Shown here: piece by piece, positions 40,171 through 50,202 of the stretch | Numbering within the stretch: position 1 is the stretch's first letter | Layout: every line of letters starts with the position of its first letter | Assembly (NCBI GenBank): GCA_000165345.1 | Contig: CM000435.1 | Span: forward strand, 448,001-512,000 | DNA: 64,000 nucleotides | Reading direction: 5' to 3' | Made by a program: the position numbers and the translations under genes | The notes under the pieces: generated by a model | The model's database searches: none | Seen by the model: only the letters and a program-made list of their open reading frames with translations | What the model was told of the DNA's origin: nothing

Positions 40171-41865
40171 TTATTTCTTATCTTTTGATTTTAATAGAGG
40201 TCTTTCAGCATTCTTATTAACGTTCTCATTGATCAAGTGTAATTTCTGGAATTGTTCTAGCTGCATCCTAATAGTGTCTTTGTGTAACTCACCAAGTGTG
40301 GAGTCACTTTTCAAGAAATCTATATCTTTTTCTTGAACTTGAACGTTAAGGACTCGGTCTTTTAAGTTAGGCTGAGGAGTAAATATATTTTGATCTTTCT
40401 TGACAATATTTTCTGCAATAGATTGTAGAGCTTTGCTTTCTGGATCAATTTTCTTTAGAAGCTCAACTAAATCTTCGTGGCTCCTACCTTTAGTTAATTC
40501 ATAATTTGGCCACTTAGCATTGATTGATTCTTGTTTAATCAGATTATTATATTTGTTCTGTGAAACCTCCAGAGCTTTCTTAGTTTCTTCTAGTTGTTGT
40601 TCAATACTTTGAATCTTTCTTTCCAACTCAAATTTCTCGCTTTCAAGTTTCTTGTACAAAGGTGAAGAAGTTTGTGCTTGCGGAGAACTTTTATCTTCGA
40701 TATTTGTTGATAATACTATAATTCTCTCTCTTAACATTCGTATTTGTTCATTAGAATCTTTAAGTCTCTCTGACAAATGTTTATTATCTTCTTCCATCAT
40801 GATAGAAACATGCTTGGCAGCTTCTAATTCCGAACCTTTTGATTTATAAAGTTCATCCAGTTTCTCCAGATGAGTACCAATATCAAAAAGAGACTTTTGA
40901 ATTTCATTGACGAATACTAAAGCTGAATGATCGTTATTCAAAATCGAAGCAATAACCTCGATTTTCCCGAATATAATGTTCACTGTTTGTACTATATTAA
41001 GAACCAAGTCATTTTTTGTTTCTATTCCAATCTTATTTTCCGTAGGGAAAACGGAATACTTGATATCTCCTATCCTTTGATGGATTGTACTCAATTGTTT
41101 TGATAACGTTGCAATTAACTGCGATTCGTTATTTGGGTTATTTTTTGAAACGAAATCATGAACAGCTTCCCCTAATTGGAATAAACTTTCTCTAAGCTCT
41201 TTGTTTTCCTTTTCCAAATCATTATTTGAGGGATTCACCCCTCCCTTAAATTGGTCTTTTGCATTATTTGAGAAACTAAAGTTAGAATCATGTGAACCAG
41301 GGAATTCTGGAGTCATTATTCCTGATTTTTCAGGAGCACAACAAAAAACTGAACCAATTCCACCTGAATTTGGGCTTTTTAAACCTGTATTTTGTCCGAC
41401 ACTTGGTTGAGCACCACAAGTCCCCATCCAAGGTATAAATGAATTAAGTAACTTTGTCCCTATTCCCGAATTACGTTGTTCTCTTTCTGGAGAAGGCATT
41501 GGAGAGGAAGGAACGTTCAGGTTTTGCGGTATTGAAGACGCTGGGTATGGAACGCCATTTATACTTTGGTTTTGAGCAGTAAATGTTGACATCATCAATT
41601 CTTGAGCTGGCGTAAGCTGTGTTCCTAAACCCGGAGGCTTCCCCATGACTCCAACCCTTGGAATTGGCACTTGTCTTGGAAACATCTGTGATTGAACATT
41701 TGGAGGTATTTGGCTTGATCTATTTGGCGAATGTGGAGTGCTGTATACTCCCATTCTTGGAACTGCACCTGGAAATACAGGACCATTTTGTCTTGTTGGC
41801 ATTCCCCCAGCCATGGGACTTGGAATCCCCCCCCAAGGTTGAGCGTTGAGTGGCACTTGCTGCAT
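40171..41865 (-). CDS. hypothetical protein: Pro/Gln/Gly/Met-rich N-terminal half plus C-terminal coiled coil
   Basis: First ATG (MQQVPLNAQPW) at 41865. No recognisable catalytic motif. Confidence 0.4.
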   Translation of the reverse strand: MQQVPLNAQPWGGIPSPMAGGMPTRQNGPVFPGAVPRMGVYSTPHSPNRSSQIPPNVQSQMFPRQVPIPRVGVMGKPPGLGTQLTPAQELMMSTFTAQNQSINGVPYPASSIPQNLNVPSSPMPSPEREQRNSGIGTKLLNSFIPWMGTCGAQPSVGQNTGLKSPNSGGIGSVFCCAPEKSGIMTPEFPGSHDSNFSFSNNAKDQFKGGVNPSNNDLEKENKELRESLFQLGEAVHDFVSKNNPNNESQLIATLSKQLSTIHQRIGDIKYSVFPTENKIGIETKNDLVLNIVQTVNIIFGKIEVIASILNNDHSALVFVNEIQKSLFDIGTHLEKLDELYKSKGSELEAAKHVSIMMEEDNKHLSERLKDSNEQIRMLRERIIVLSTNIEDKSSPQAQTSSPLYKKLESEKFELERKIQSIEQQLEETKKALEVSQNKYNNLIKQESINAKWPNYELTKGRSHEDLVELLKKIDPESKALQSIAENIVKKDQNIFTPQPNLKDRVLNVQVQEKDIDFLKSDSTLGELHKDTIRMQLEQFQKLHLINENVNKNAERPLLKSKDKK

Positions 41866-42194
41866 TTTTGGGACGCCAAGTTCCACTTAAAATATCAGTT
41901 ACTTTACCTATTAAACACACAAATCTACAATTCCCGCTACTACTTTAATTCCTTACTTTTCTATTATGTCATTAGTCTTTTGAACAAATATTTTTTTATT
42001 GACTTTAAGTATACGTCTACAAAATGTCCATATTAGAAATATGTTAATATAAGAAAAAGAATACAGAATAACAAATAAATCTTTACTAGAATGACTTAAA
42101 ATACAAGGATAAACAATTATAAATGAGTAGTACAACATATCTTGCTGCTAATCTTCACTCCAGTTTTTACCTTGTCACCATTATTATAATTTTT

Positions 42195-42218
42195 GCATGC
42201 ACACACTTTTGGCGGCAA
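42195..42218. promoter_or_regulatory. GCATGC followed by E2F-like TTTTGGCGGCAA in the divergent promoter of 40171..41865 and COQ10-like
   Basis: tttgcatgcacacacttttggcggcaact. Confidence 0.45.
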
Positions 42219-42454
42219 CTCAGTTTTTAGATCAGCATTGGATGGCAAATGAACCAATATGTGGAGAACTTAGGTGCGGCTTAATATTTGTGTTTTTATT
42301 AAATTTTTACTCAAATGTTTAATATTTAGACACTTAGTTATCTATTTGAAAAAAATGCTGTCCTGATTTGTTAGAAGTTCTCTTAGTTATCTTCGTTGAA
42401 TAGTAAGCAAGTATAGATGGTGGATGGTAGGTTCAGTGAATATATTTCCTTAAG

Positions 42455-43024
42455 ATGCTAACCAAAAAATTAAACCGTAATTTCTTTATTCAATCAAAAT
42501 TTTCAAGAGGAATTGTATATTTTTGTGAAAGATTGGTGCCTTATTCGGTGCCAGAGTTGTATTCTACTGTTATAGATGTGGCAAAATATAGGCAGATATT
42601 TCCATGGATTTCAGAAACTGAGATAACTAAGATTTGGGGATCTATTCATAATAGAGATATTTTTTTTTCAAGACAAAAAATCAAATTTGGTATTTTTGGG
42701 GGATATTTATACTCCATTGTAGAAGGAAGGAAGCCAAATTCAATAATAGCTTACTGGCCACCAAAAGAAGTTTTGAAGATACCTATTACAATTGAGAAGT
42801 TTTCATCCTTTGTTAGATCTCATAGAACAAGTTGGGAATTTATTGGGAACTATAAATATGGCTTGACTAAGGTTTCGTGCAAACTAGAGTTTGAATTTGA
42901 TACGATTCTAATGGATAAAATAGCACAACGCTATATCAAAGATATGACAGAGACAACCATTAACACACTAATAAATCACATTAAAAAAAGTGAAAGTTTG
43001 AATACATATAGTCTGAATATTTAG
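42455..43024 (+). CDS. COQ10: COQ10-like START/SRPBCC (polyketide cyclase fold) protein
   Basis: Pattern YSTVIDVAKYRQIFPWISETEI...IAYWPPKEV...SWEFIGNY resembles Coq10. About 190 aa. Confidence 0.45.
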   Translation: MLTKKLNRNFFIQSKFSRGIVYFCERLVPYSVPELYSTVIDVAKYRQIFPWISETEITKIWGSIHNRDIFFSRQKIKFGIFGGYLYSIVEGRKPNSIIAYWPPKEVLKIPITIEKFSSFVRSHRTSWEFIGNYKYGLTKVSCKLEFEFDTILMDKIAQRYIKDMTETTINTLINHIKKSESLNTYSLNI

Positions 43025-43211
43025 AAATAAGCATTAGGAACTATCAAAATAAAATACATTGTATGACTTCTTTATTTTTTTTAATAATTTGAACACGTAC
43101 AATCACGATGCACATGAATTGACTCCTATTCTCAATTATTATAGATAGCGAATAGACTATTTATTACGTAATATTTCTTATATTGATTTAATGTAAGTCC
43201 TATATTCCGTA

Positions 43212-44951
43212 TTAATTTACATTGTTTGCTGCACTGCTCGAAGATTGCGAATGTCCATCACTTATATGAGCAGCGTTATCTCTTGATTCTGCAGATGTAT
43301 GTCTTTGGACAGAACTTCTTTTGCCTCTGTCAGTCCCAGAAGCATCTGAAAATCCTTCAGAATGATAGCTTCCTTCAGAGAGACGACTTCTCCTTCTTAG
43401 TTCTCTTTGCCTAATTCCTCTTCTTATATATCTATCATTCATCTTTAGGGATCTAGCAATAGGAGAAAACCCAACAACAAGACCCAACAGTAGGCCTAAT
43501 ATCAGGCCTATAACCCACGATATGGTTCCAGAGTGAGCCATTAATCCAATTGATGCCCCAGTTCCTAATCCACCAATACCTCCCAAAGCTGCTCCAAGTC
43601 TTCCAACAAGCAATACTGACATGAAGAGATTAGTTAGAGACCCACCGAGTGAAAGAGCCCCAGCAAAGCAAGACGAAACTAGTCCTCCAACAAGCATACC
43701 AACAAATATTCCAAGACCTCCGCTACCTGCCAGCCAGTATCCACCTCCTTTCCAAAAATGTGAAGACTTAAGGCCAAGAGAGAACAGGGCAGATTGCCAG
43801 TATATAGCCAAGAAGGCCATCACCATATATGCCGCGAAAGATATTATTGATCCACTCCAAACTGGCCAACAACAACATTTGCTGAAACAGAATCCACATT
43901 TTATTTCCTCATCTGTTAAAGGAGCATTGCCCAAAGAGCTAGATACATTTGAAGCTACTGTAGATGAAGGCAAAGTTTGAGTATTCGCTGTGGTTCCACT
44001 GGAGCTTGATCCTGATTTCAAAATTGGAACGTTTTTGGTCATGAGCTTAAACCCTCCACTAGATTTCAAACATATTTTAGTATCACTATTTGCTTGAATA
44101 AAGGCTAAAGAATATTTTGAAGACTTTGTTGTATGCATATTTGGAACACTAATTGCTGAACATTCTGACTTCTCATCCTTAAGACTTAGCGACCCAGAGA
44201 TTCCGGAAGAGTCAATTGTTATCTTCTCTGCGTTTTTCAATCTTGAAAAGTTACTTGAAATGATTGACCTTTTATTAGAGGTTGAGGTTGAATCTTCCTC
44301 TTCTTTGATGTGTTTTTCATCAGTATTTTCTCCTGTTTCCTTATTTTCTTCATTACTTTCACTCTTTTCCTCTTTATTTTCATTCTTTTTTTCTTTATCT
44401 TCATTTTTTACCTCTTCTTTCTTATCTTCACTTTCTTTATCTTCACTTTTTTTATCCTTTTCATCCTTTTCTTTCTTTTCATCCTTTTCTTTCTTTTCAT
44501 CCTTTTCTTTCTTTTCTTCTTTTTCTTTCTTTTCTTCCTTCCCTTCATCACCACCTTCTTCGCTCTTTGAATCTTTAACTGGGCATTTTTTCAGAATTTC
44601 TGAACATCCTGACTCGCATACAGACAAGACCATAATTTCATTTGACAATGTTCCAATGTCTGATGACTCCTCGTTACATGCTAAAGTGCAAAATAGATTC
44701 TTTAAAAATGAAGAACATTCCGTATTTGCGCCTCCATTTAATTCTGAATATTCTTCTGCCATGGAAAGCAACTTATCAGAACAACAGGCACATGGATTGT
44801 TAGAACAATCCTCTGTACTTGATAGCAATGGGTTTTCTGTTTCTACCTTTGCTTCTGAAGCTATCGGAACTCCATTTGTGAACTTATAAGCGCATACTTC
44901 CAATAAAAGTAAAAATAATAATTTGATTGATAAACTTTTTAATGCATACAT
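43212..44951 (-). CDS. secreted/membrane mucin-like protein: signal peptide, Cys-rich module, (KEKDEK)n repeats, Ser/Thr-rich stretch, Gly-zipper multi-TM region, basic tail
   Basis: MYALKSLSIKLLFLLLLEVCA signal. KEEKKEKEEKKEKDEKKEKDEKKEKDEK. CGFCFSKCCCWPVW. GxxxG-rich hydrophobic segments. Confidence 0.5.
   Translation of the reverse strand: MYALKSLSIKLLFLLLLEVCAYKFTNGVPIASEAKVETENPLLSSTEDCSNNPCACCSDKLLSMAEEYSELNGGANTECSSFLKNLFCTLACNEESSDIGTLSNEIMVLSVCESGCSEILKKCPVKDSKSEEGGDEGKEEKKEKEEKKEKDEKKEKDEKKEKDEKDKKSEDKESEDKKEEVKNEDKEKKNENKEEKSESNEENKETGENTDEKHIKEEEDSTSTSNKRSIISSNFSRLKNAEKITIDSSGISGSLSLKDEKSECSAISVPNMHTTKSSKYSLAFIQANSDTKICLKSSGGFKLMTKNVPILKSGSSSSGTTANTQTLPSSTVASNVSSSLGNAPLTDEEIKCGFCFSKCCCWPVWSGSIISFAAYMVMAFLAIYWQSALFSLGLKSSHFWKGGGYWLAGSGGLGIFVGMLVGGLVSSCFAGALSLGGSLTNLFMSVLLVGRLGAALGGIGGLGTGASIGLMAHSGTISWVIGLILGLLLGLVVGFSPIARSLKMNDRYIRRGIRQRELRRRSRLSEGSYHSEGFSDASGTDRGKRSSVQRHTSAESRDNAAHISDGHSQSSSSAANNVN
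44400..44545. repeat. homopyrimidine (plus strand) tandem repeat, unit about 18 nt (ttcatccttttctttctt), encoding KEKDEK repeats
   Basis: At least 3 near-perfect copies plus degenerate flanks. Confidence 0.8.
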
Positions 44952-45238
44952 TTATTTTCAGATTGCATCTATACTACTTCTTAGTTAGGTCCAGTTTAAT
45001 ACTGGGTAATTCTTATAATGAATTACTTTTGAAATTGTACAGCATACAGAACTTAAGCTCCAGTAGTCTTTTACCGTAACTTAGCCGGAAACTTGTACTT
45101 AAAAAAATCCGTTCTCTGATTACTCAAACAAAAACACTCCTTTATATTAATATTTTTTTCCGCCTCGATATTCAATTTCCCAAAGAAGACATGTAATACA
45201 CATACGCATGCCTAAGTGCTAGCAATTTTATTAAATTT

Positions 45239-45272
45239 ACATATATAAATTTATATATATGTATATATATTT
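45239..45272. repeat. (TA)n-rich microsatellite
   Basis: atatataaatttatatatatgtatatatat. Confidence 0.7.
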
Positions 45273-45413
45273 AAAACTCTCAGTATTTTATACTTATTTA
45301 ACATTCAAGTTTAAAGCTTAGTTTTAAGTTCATATAATCTCTTAGATGGATTTTTCTGCAATATATAATATTTTTTAACCAAACTCTCATCTTACAAATA
45401 AATAAAAACTTCG

Positions 45414-45445
45414 AATTTCCCGCCTCCTTTTATAGATTTGCATGC
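45414..45445. promoter_or_regulatory. E2F-like TTTCCCGCC followed by GCATGC, 5' of the mucin-like gene
   Basis: atttcccgcctccttttatagatttgcatgc. Confidence 0.4.
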
Positions 45446-45646
45446 ACCTAGAAGTACTAATTAAAGAAAACTACTTATTTGTCAAAACGAGAGATAAGTG
45501 GAAAGTAATTCTAGGATTAGAACTTAAGTAGTTTTGTTTGATCGACTATAGTAGGTTTTAAAACTAGACTTTGAATCAAATTATTTTACAATTTTGGATA
45601 CTTTGCGTGTGCAACAATACTAATTCATTAATATATTAGCTAAGCT

Positions 45647-47119
45647 TTAGTTTAAGGACATCAAAATATCTAGTAAGTGCTGATCTACTGCGGTTTTGTT
45701 AATGATTGATTCACATATACTGATTGCTGTAGCTTCGTCAAACAATTTTGCTAGGTACAACAATAGGTGAAAGTCGTTGAGGAGATTGCAGGAAGTCAAA
45801 GGTACTGATGTTAGCCTGGATTTAATAAATTCTGAGACATCGCTTGGTTTCTGAGGAACAATTCTATTTTCTCTGGGAAACTGTGATGAGGAAAAGAAAG
45901 GTTTTGGTTGGATAGGGGCGGACTCATTAATGCGCACTATTAGCCAGTGGGCATCAAACTTGCGGGTAGATACACCCTTTTCTAGGATTTGTGGTAGAAT
46001 CTCACCCTTATCCTCTTCTCTAATAACAATATGAGTGTCGTCCTTTAATCCTTTCTCATCAATTATTTTGTCTCTGAGAAGAGCTAATCCAAGGTCAGAA
46101 ACTGCAAACGCATTTGGTATGGGGTCTCCTCCTTGGATAGACTTACAAGGAGCAATTGTACAGCAAATAAAGCTGCTAACAGGATAGCCAGTGTAATGAG
46201 GTGTTTTTAGTGCTTCTAACTGAAGCTTTCCAAGAGTAACAATCTCATTAGAAGTTAGTACTTCGTCTCTCTCATTATGTGTGAAAACCAATCCTAAACA
46301 TTCGAGACCAAGAGATTGAGCAACTCTATCGACTGTAGATTTAAAACTATCATTTTCGAGAATAAGCTTTCCTGGTTCAGCTTTCTCATCTTGTGGAGGT
46401 TCGTAAATTGCTTCCATTACAGCTCGAATACCCATCGGATATGTACTATCTTCTCGATAGTATCCATACATCCAACCGACTCTTTGTTTCATCATACCTA
46501 ATTTTGACCTCCAATAGTCAACAAATTGCATTGCTTCAGACAAATTCATCATCTCAAGGTGGTCAACGTGTCGATAAGCTTGGTGCCTTAGTGTAACTGA
46601 AGGGGGTATTTTGTTCATTACTCCTTTTGAAATAAAGAAAGATTTGTAGGATTGCTTAAGTGGTAGGTCATCAGTGACAAAATTTCTTTCGCTTAAAAAT
46701 GAATCAAATGATTTAAAATGTGGCCCTTCACTTTTTTCCACGCTATTATTCATATCCTTAGAATCAGCAGAAGAAGAAGATGGATAGTTTGAATTTGAGG
46801 GCTTCTTTTCAAGTGGAGGAAGGTCACTTGTTGTCATATGTTTTGGCCTTTGGATGCTTTGCGTAGCAATCTGTGGAGTTGCATCAGTAATCAAATAAAC
46901 TATCGAGCCATTAAAAAGACCATGTTGAAGCACACTAAGTGAGTCTCCCTTCAGTAGTGTGTTCCCATGTGAGTCTAAACTTAGAAGTTGTTGTTCTTCA
47001 GGAACCTTAAGCGACTGAGCTATCTTTGACTTTAACATTGAAAGGTTACATGTTGAAGGAATTGTCACTCTTGATCTTCCAGAGGAAGAGAAAACCCGGA
47101 TAATCCATTCTTCGTGCAT
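45647..47119 (-). CDS. NPL4: NPL4 family protein (Cdc48 cofactor)
   Basis: N-terminal UBL-like segment. LRHQAYRHVDHLEMMN and GWMYGYY match NPL4 FRHVDHVEF / GYLYGRY. MPN-like core. Confidence 0.6.
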   Translation of the reverse strand: MHEEWIIRVFSSSGRSRVTIPSTCNLSMLKSKIAQSLKVPEEQQLLSLDSHGNTLLKGDSLSVLQHGLFNGSIVYLITDATPQIATQSIQRPKHMTTSDLPPLEKKPSNSNYPSSSSADSKDMNNSVEKSEGPHFKSFDSFLSERNFVTDDLPLKQSYKSFFISKGVMNKIPPSVTLRHQAYRHVDHLEMMNLSEAMQFVDYWRSKLGMMKQRVGWMYGYYREDSTYPMGIRAVMEAIYEPPQDEKAEPGKLILENDSFKSTVDRVAQSLGLECLGLVFTHNERDEVLTSNEIVTLGKLQLEALKTPHYTGYPVSSFICCTIAPCKSIQGGDPIPNAFAVSDLGLALLRDKIIDEKGLKDDTHIVIREEDKGEILPQILEKGVSTRKFDAHWLIVRINESAPIQPKPFFSSSQFPRENRIVPQKPSDVSEFIKSRLTSVPLTSCNLLNDFHLLLYLAKLFDEATAISICESIINKTAVDQHLLDILMSLN

Positions 47120-47380
47120 TATTTAGGCTTAATTTAGGTTCCTGAATTTTCTTTGTAAGGAAAACTTTTAGTATTTGGGTTTTGGGTCTTAGCCTTTGAA
47201 ACTTTTTAGTTTAACTTATACCTCAAGTTTTTTTATTACTCCAAAAAAAAAGAGAAATATTAAGTAATTTTTTCTCAGGGAATTCCTTTCAAACCAAATT
47301 AAGAGGATAATCTATTTCTCAAATTTTTTGGGAATATTTTTACCCTTTAGGTGCAGAAAAGAAAACTTTATACCGTTATT

Positions 47381-47408
47381 ATGCGCACCCCCCCACCACG
47401 TGGGGACT
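47381..47408. promoter_or_regulatory. GC-rich island with CACGTG (ccaCCACGTGGgga) in the NPL4/gamma-tubulin divergent promoter
   Basis: atgcgcacccccccaccacgtggggactgaggctcgac. Unusually GC-rich for this intergenic DNA. Confidence 0.4.
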
Positions 47409-47620
47409 GAGGCTCGACAAGTTTTTAATACAAAAGTCGCTAAAAAAGTGAAATTCAATAGTTAATAGCAACATCGAATTAATTTCAATTTGGTTACAAA
47501 GATACAGCAGTTTTACATCTTAATAGCAGGATCCGAAAGACTCAGCCGAATTTTTAGCCAAATTTGTGCTTATTTGGTACAGAAGATATTTAATTAACTA
47601 AGTATAAACTTTAATTAAAG

Positions 47621-49093
47621 ATGCCCAGAGAATTAGTTACATTACAGATTGGGCAATGTGGGAATCAAATAGGCATGGAATTTTGGAAGCAGCTATGTAC
47701 TGAACATGGCCTGGATGCCAATGGAACAGTAATCAAAGACAGTGGCCCACTTGAAGATAGGAAAGATGTGTTTTTCTATCTTTCAGATGACAGCCATTAT
47801 GTTCCTCGAGCCTTACTATTTGATTTGGAGCCTAGAGTTCTAAATAGTATAAAATCAAGCGAATTCAAACACCTTTACAACCCAGAGAACTTCTTTATTG
47901 GAAAGGAGGGCGGCGGAGCTGGAAATAACTGGGGTTGTGGTTACGATACAGGGGAGGAGGTTTATGATGAAATACTGGATATGATTGATCGAGAAGTGGA
48001 AGGCTGCGAAAGTATGGAGGGGTTTGTTCTTTGCCACTCAATTGCAGGAGGTACCGGTAGTGGGATGGGGTCTTATATTTTAGAACTGTTAAATGAACAT
48101 TATCCAAGAAAACTAATTAAAACATTCTCAGTTTTTCCAATGCTTAATAATGAGAGCTCTGATGTAGTGGTTCAGCCATATAACTCTGTGTTAACTCTGA
48201 AGAGATTAGCTTTAAACGCGGATTGCGTTGTAGTTCTTGATAATACTGCCTTGAGTGGAATAGCTGAAGATAGATTGAATTTGACGAATCCAACATTTGC
48301 CCAAACTAATGCTTTAGTCAGTACAGTAATGGCTGCTTCGACTACAACACTTAGATATCCGGGATACATGCACAATAATTTGGTTTCATTATTCTCCACC
48401 TTAGTTCCAACTCCAAGATGCCATTTTCTCGTGACATCATACACTCCAATTACAATTAGTCAAAATATACAACAAAATGTTAGGAAAACAACAACTTTGG
48501 ATGTAATGAGACGACTTTTACAACCAAGTAATATTATGGTTAGCACAAATATGAGGAAGGGGACGTATATATCAATATTGAACATTATTAGAGGTGAGAC
48601 TGATCCAATGGAAGTACACAAAAGTTTGCAGAGAATCAGGGACAGGAATATGGTAAGATTTATTCAGTGGGGCCCTGCAGCAATTCAAGTAGCTCTTTCA
48701 AAGTATAACCCATATTCTACTCAACACAAGGTGAATGGTTTAATGATGGCCAATAATACGGCTATAGCCGGCTTATTCCAGAGATGCGTAGCTCAGTTTG
48801 ATAGATTAATGAAAAGAGGAGCCTTCCTTGACAACTATAAGAAACAATCAGTATTCCAAGATGGACTTGACGAGTTTGAAAATGCAAGAGAGGTATCAGA
48901 GATGTTAATTGAAGAATATAAGAGAGCAGAGAGAAACGACTATATGCTTGCAGGTTATAATACAGATTCTGGTTCAAAGAACTTACAACTTGATGGTTTA
49001 TCTAGACAAGAACCTCCTTTAAATGAATACTCTGATGACTTGTATAATTATTACTCCAAGGAGAACAACCCAAATTATAACACTTATTGCTAA
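47621..49093 (+). CDS. TUBG: gamma-tubulin
   Basis: [26 protein letters not shown]..., GGTGSGMGS loop, tubulin C-terminal domain. Confidence 0.9.
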   Translation: MPRELVTLQIGQCGNQIGMEFWKQLCTEHGLDANGTVIKDSGPLEDRKDVFFYLSDDSHYVPRALLFDLEPRVLNSIKSSEFKHLYNPENFFIGKEGGGAGNNWGCGYDTGEEVYDEILDMIDREVEGCESMEGFVLCHSIAGGTGSGMGSYILELLNEHYPRKLIKTFSVFPMLNNESSDVVVQPYNSVLTLKRLALNADCVVVLDNTALSGIAEDRLNLTNPTFAQTNALVSTVMAASTTTLRYPGYMHNNLVSLFSTLVPTPRCHFLVTSYTPITISQNIQQNVRKTTTLDVMRRLLQPSNIMVSTNMRKGTYISILNIIRGETDPMEVHKSLQRIRDRNMVRFIQWGPAAIQVALSKYNPYSTQHKVNGLMMANNTAIAGLFQRCVAQFDRLMKRGAFLDNYKKQSVFQDGLDEFENAREVSEMLIEEYKRAERNDYMLAGYNTDSGSKNLQLDGLSRQEPPLNEYSDDLYNYYSKENNPNYNTYC

Positions 49094-49124
49094 ACAAAAT
49101 AAATAATTCAAATAGACTATAAAA

Positions 49125-49712
49125 TTAATTAGCACTAGTTTCGACTACCTTCCGCGTACTTCTCCTTTCTTTTCTTAGTTTTCTCTTTTCGGACCTCCTC
49201 ATGCATTTTGGGTATTCAATTTTAGGATTTACTACCAATGTCTTTATACTTGGGGGCAGAATTTGGATTTGAGGTGAGCTTATGCCATCCGCTTCTAAGT
49301 ATGGTATTTCAAACTTACTTTGATTGGATTTAATCAGCTGCACCAAACCAGACCTAACAGTTTCGTATGAATACTCGGGTTCTTTTGAACCAAGACTTTT
49401 TAGTCTCTCAGGTTCAATTTTCTCTCTTAATCCTACGCACGACATAGACAAACTTGATCCAGGAAGCCATTTAGCCATTTCATCATTATTAGCCAAGATG
49501 ACACATGGAACATTATTAATCTTGCATGCTGTCAAAATATGGTTCCCAATTCCGAGTGAAAAAAGCTTTTGAGTGAATATGACTCCAGCAATACTAACAA
49601 TATTTCGCAAAACTTCGTTGCACCCAATGAAAAAGAGCCCTCTAGACCATTTTATGTCTTTATTTCTAATATTTCTAACAACACTATTAGAAATGAGTTT
49701 GGATTTCACCAA
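49125..49712 (-). CDS. L7Ae/L30e-fold protein (divergent, Pop3/Rpp38- or Nhp2-like), probably with an unresolved 5' exon
   Basis: IGCNEVLRNI...LGIGNHILTACKINNVPCVILANND resembles the L7Ae-family core. ORF begins at GTG with no ATG before residue about 80. An ATG plus CAG|GTAAGT donor lie just upstream (about 49733-49766). Confidence 0.3.
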   Translation of the reverse strand: MVKSKLISNSVVRNIRNKDIKWSRGLFFIGCNEVLRNIVSIAGVIFTQKLFSLGIGNHILTACKINNVPCVILANNDEMAKWLPGSSLSMSCVGLREKIEPERLKSLGSKEPEYSYETVRSGLVQLIKSNQSKFEIPYLEADGISSPQIQILPPSIKTLVVNPKIEYPKCMRRSEKRKLRKERRSTRKVVETSAN

Positions 49713-49956
49713 TTAAGTGAATAAACTTACCTGTTAAATTTATTATAAAATAATTCATGGGCATCCTGAGTTAGTACTTGCCTAAAAATTAAAAGCGTTC
49801 GTCATTTTTCCCTTAAAAAACGCAGAATTGTAGGCTGAGACAAACTTACCACTTTGTTTTAGTATTTGTAAGTAAACTATGTCTCGTTCTTACAGAATTT
49901 TTTCCTCGGTCACTTCCTTTGCTGCTCGCATTCATTTGACCAAATCTCTCTTGCAT

Positions 49957-49995
49957 AACCCGCCCATGCATCGAGCGCCGTACTTGTGGCGGTAT
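49957..49995. promoter_or_regulatory. GC-rich element (CCCGCCCATGCATCGAGCGCCG...GTGGCGGTA) between the L7Ae-like gene and the Bub1-like kinase
   Basis: E2F-like GGCGG/GCGCC cores plus ATGCAT. Confidence 0.4.
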
Positions 49996-50202
49996 CTGTG
50001 TACAAATTTGTGGGCTGCAGGATCAGGAAATAAGTAACTTTTTAATAAGAAAAAAACTCAGAAAGTGCACTATAACAGTATTTGGAAAAAAGAGGGCTGG
50101 GAGTTGTTCAGCGTACATAGGAGAAGGTTTGAGATCAGCTTTGTATCTGAAAGGGCCTTCTTGGATAGGTTGCATTTGCTGAATTAATCTAAGCCTTGTA
50201 AG

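Noticed and set aside
44260-44889. Plus-strand Phe/Ser/Leu-rich ORFs (44260..44889, 44310..44570)
   Set aside because: Antisense of the (KEKDEK)n repeat array in the mucin-like gene, a low-complexity artefact
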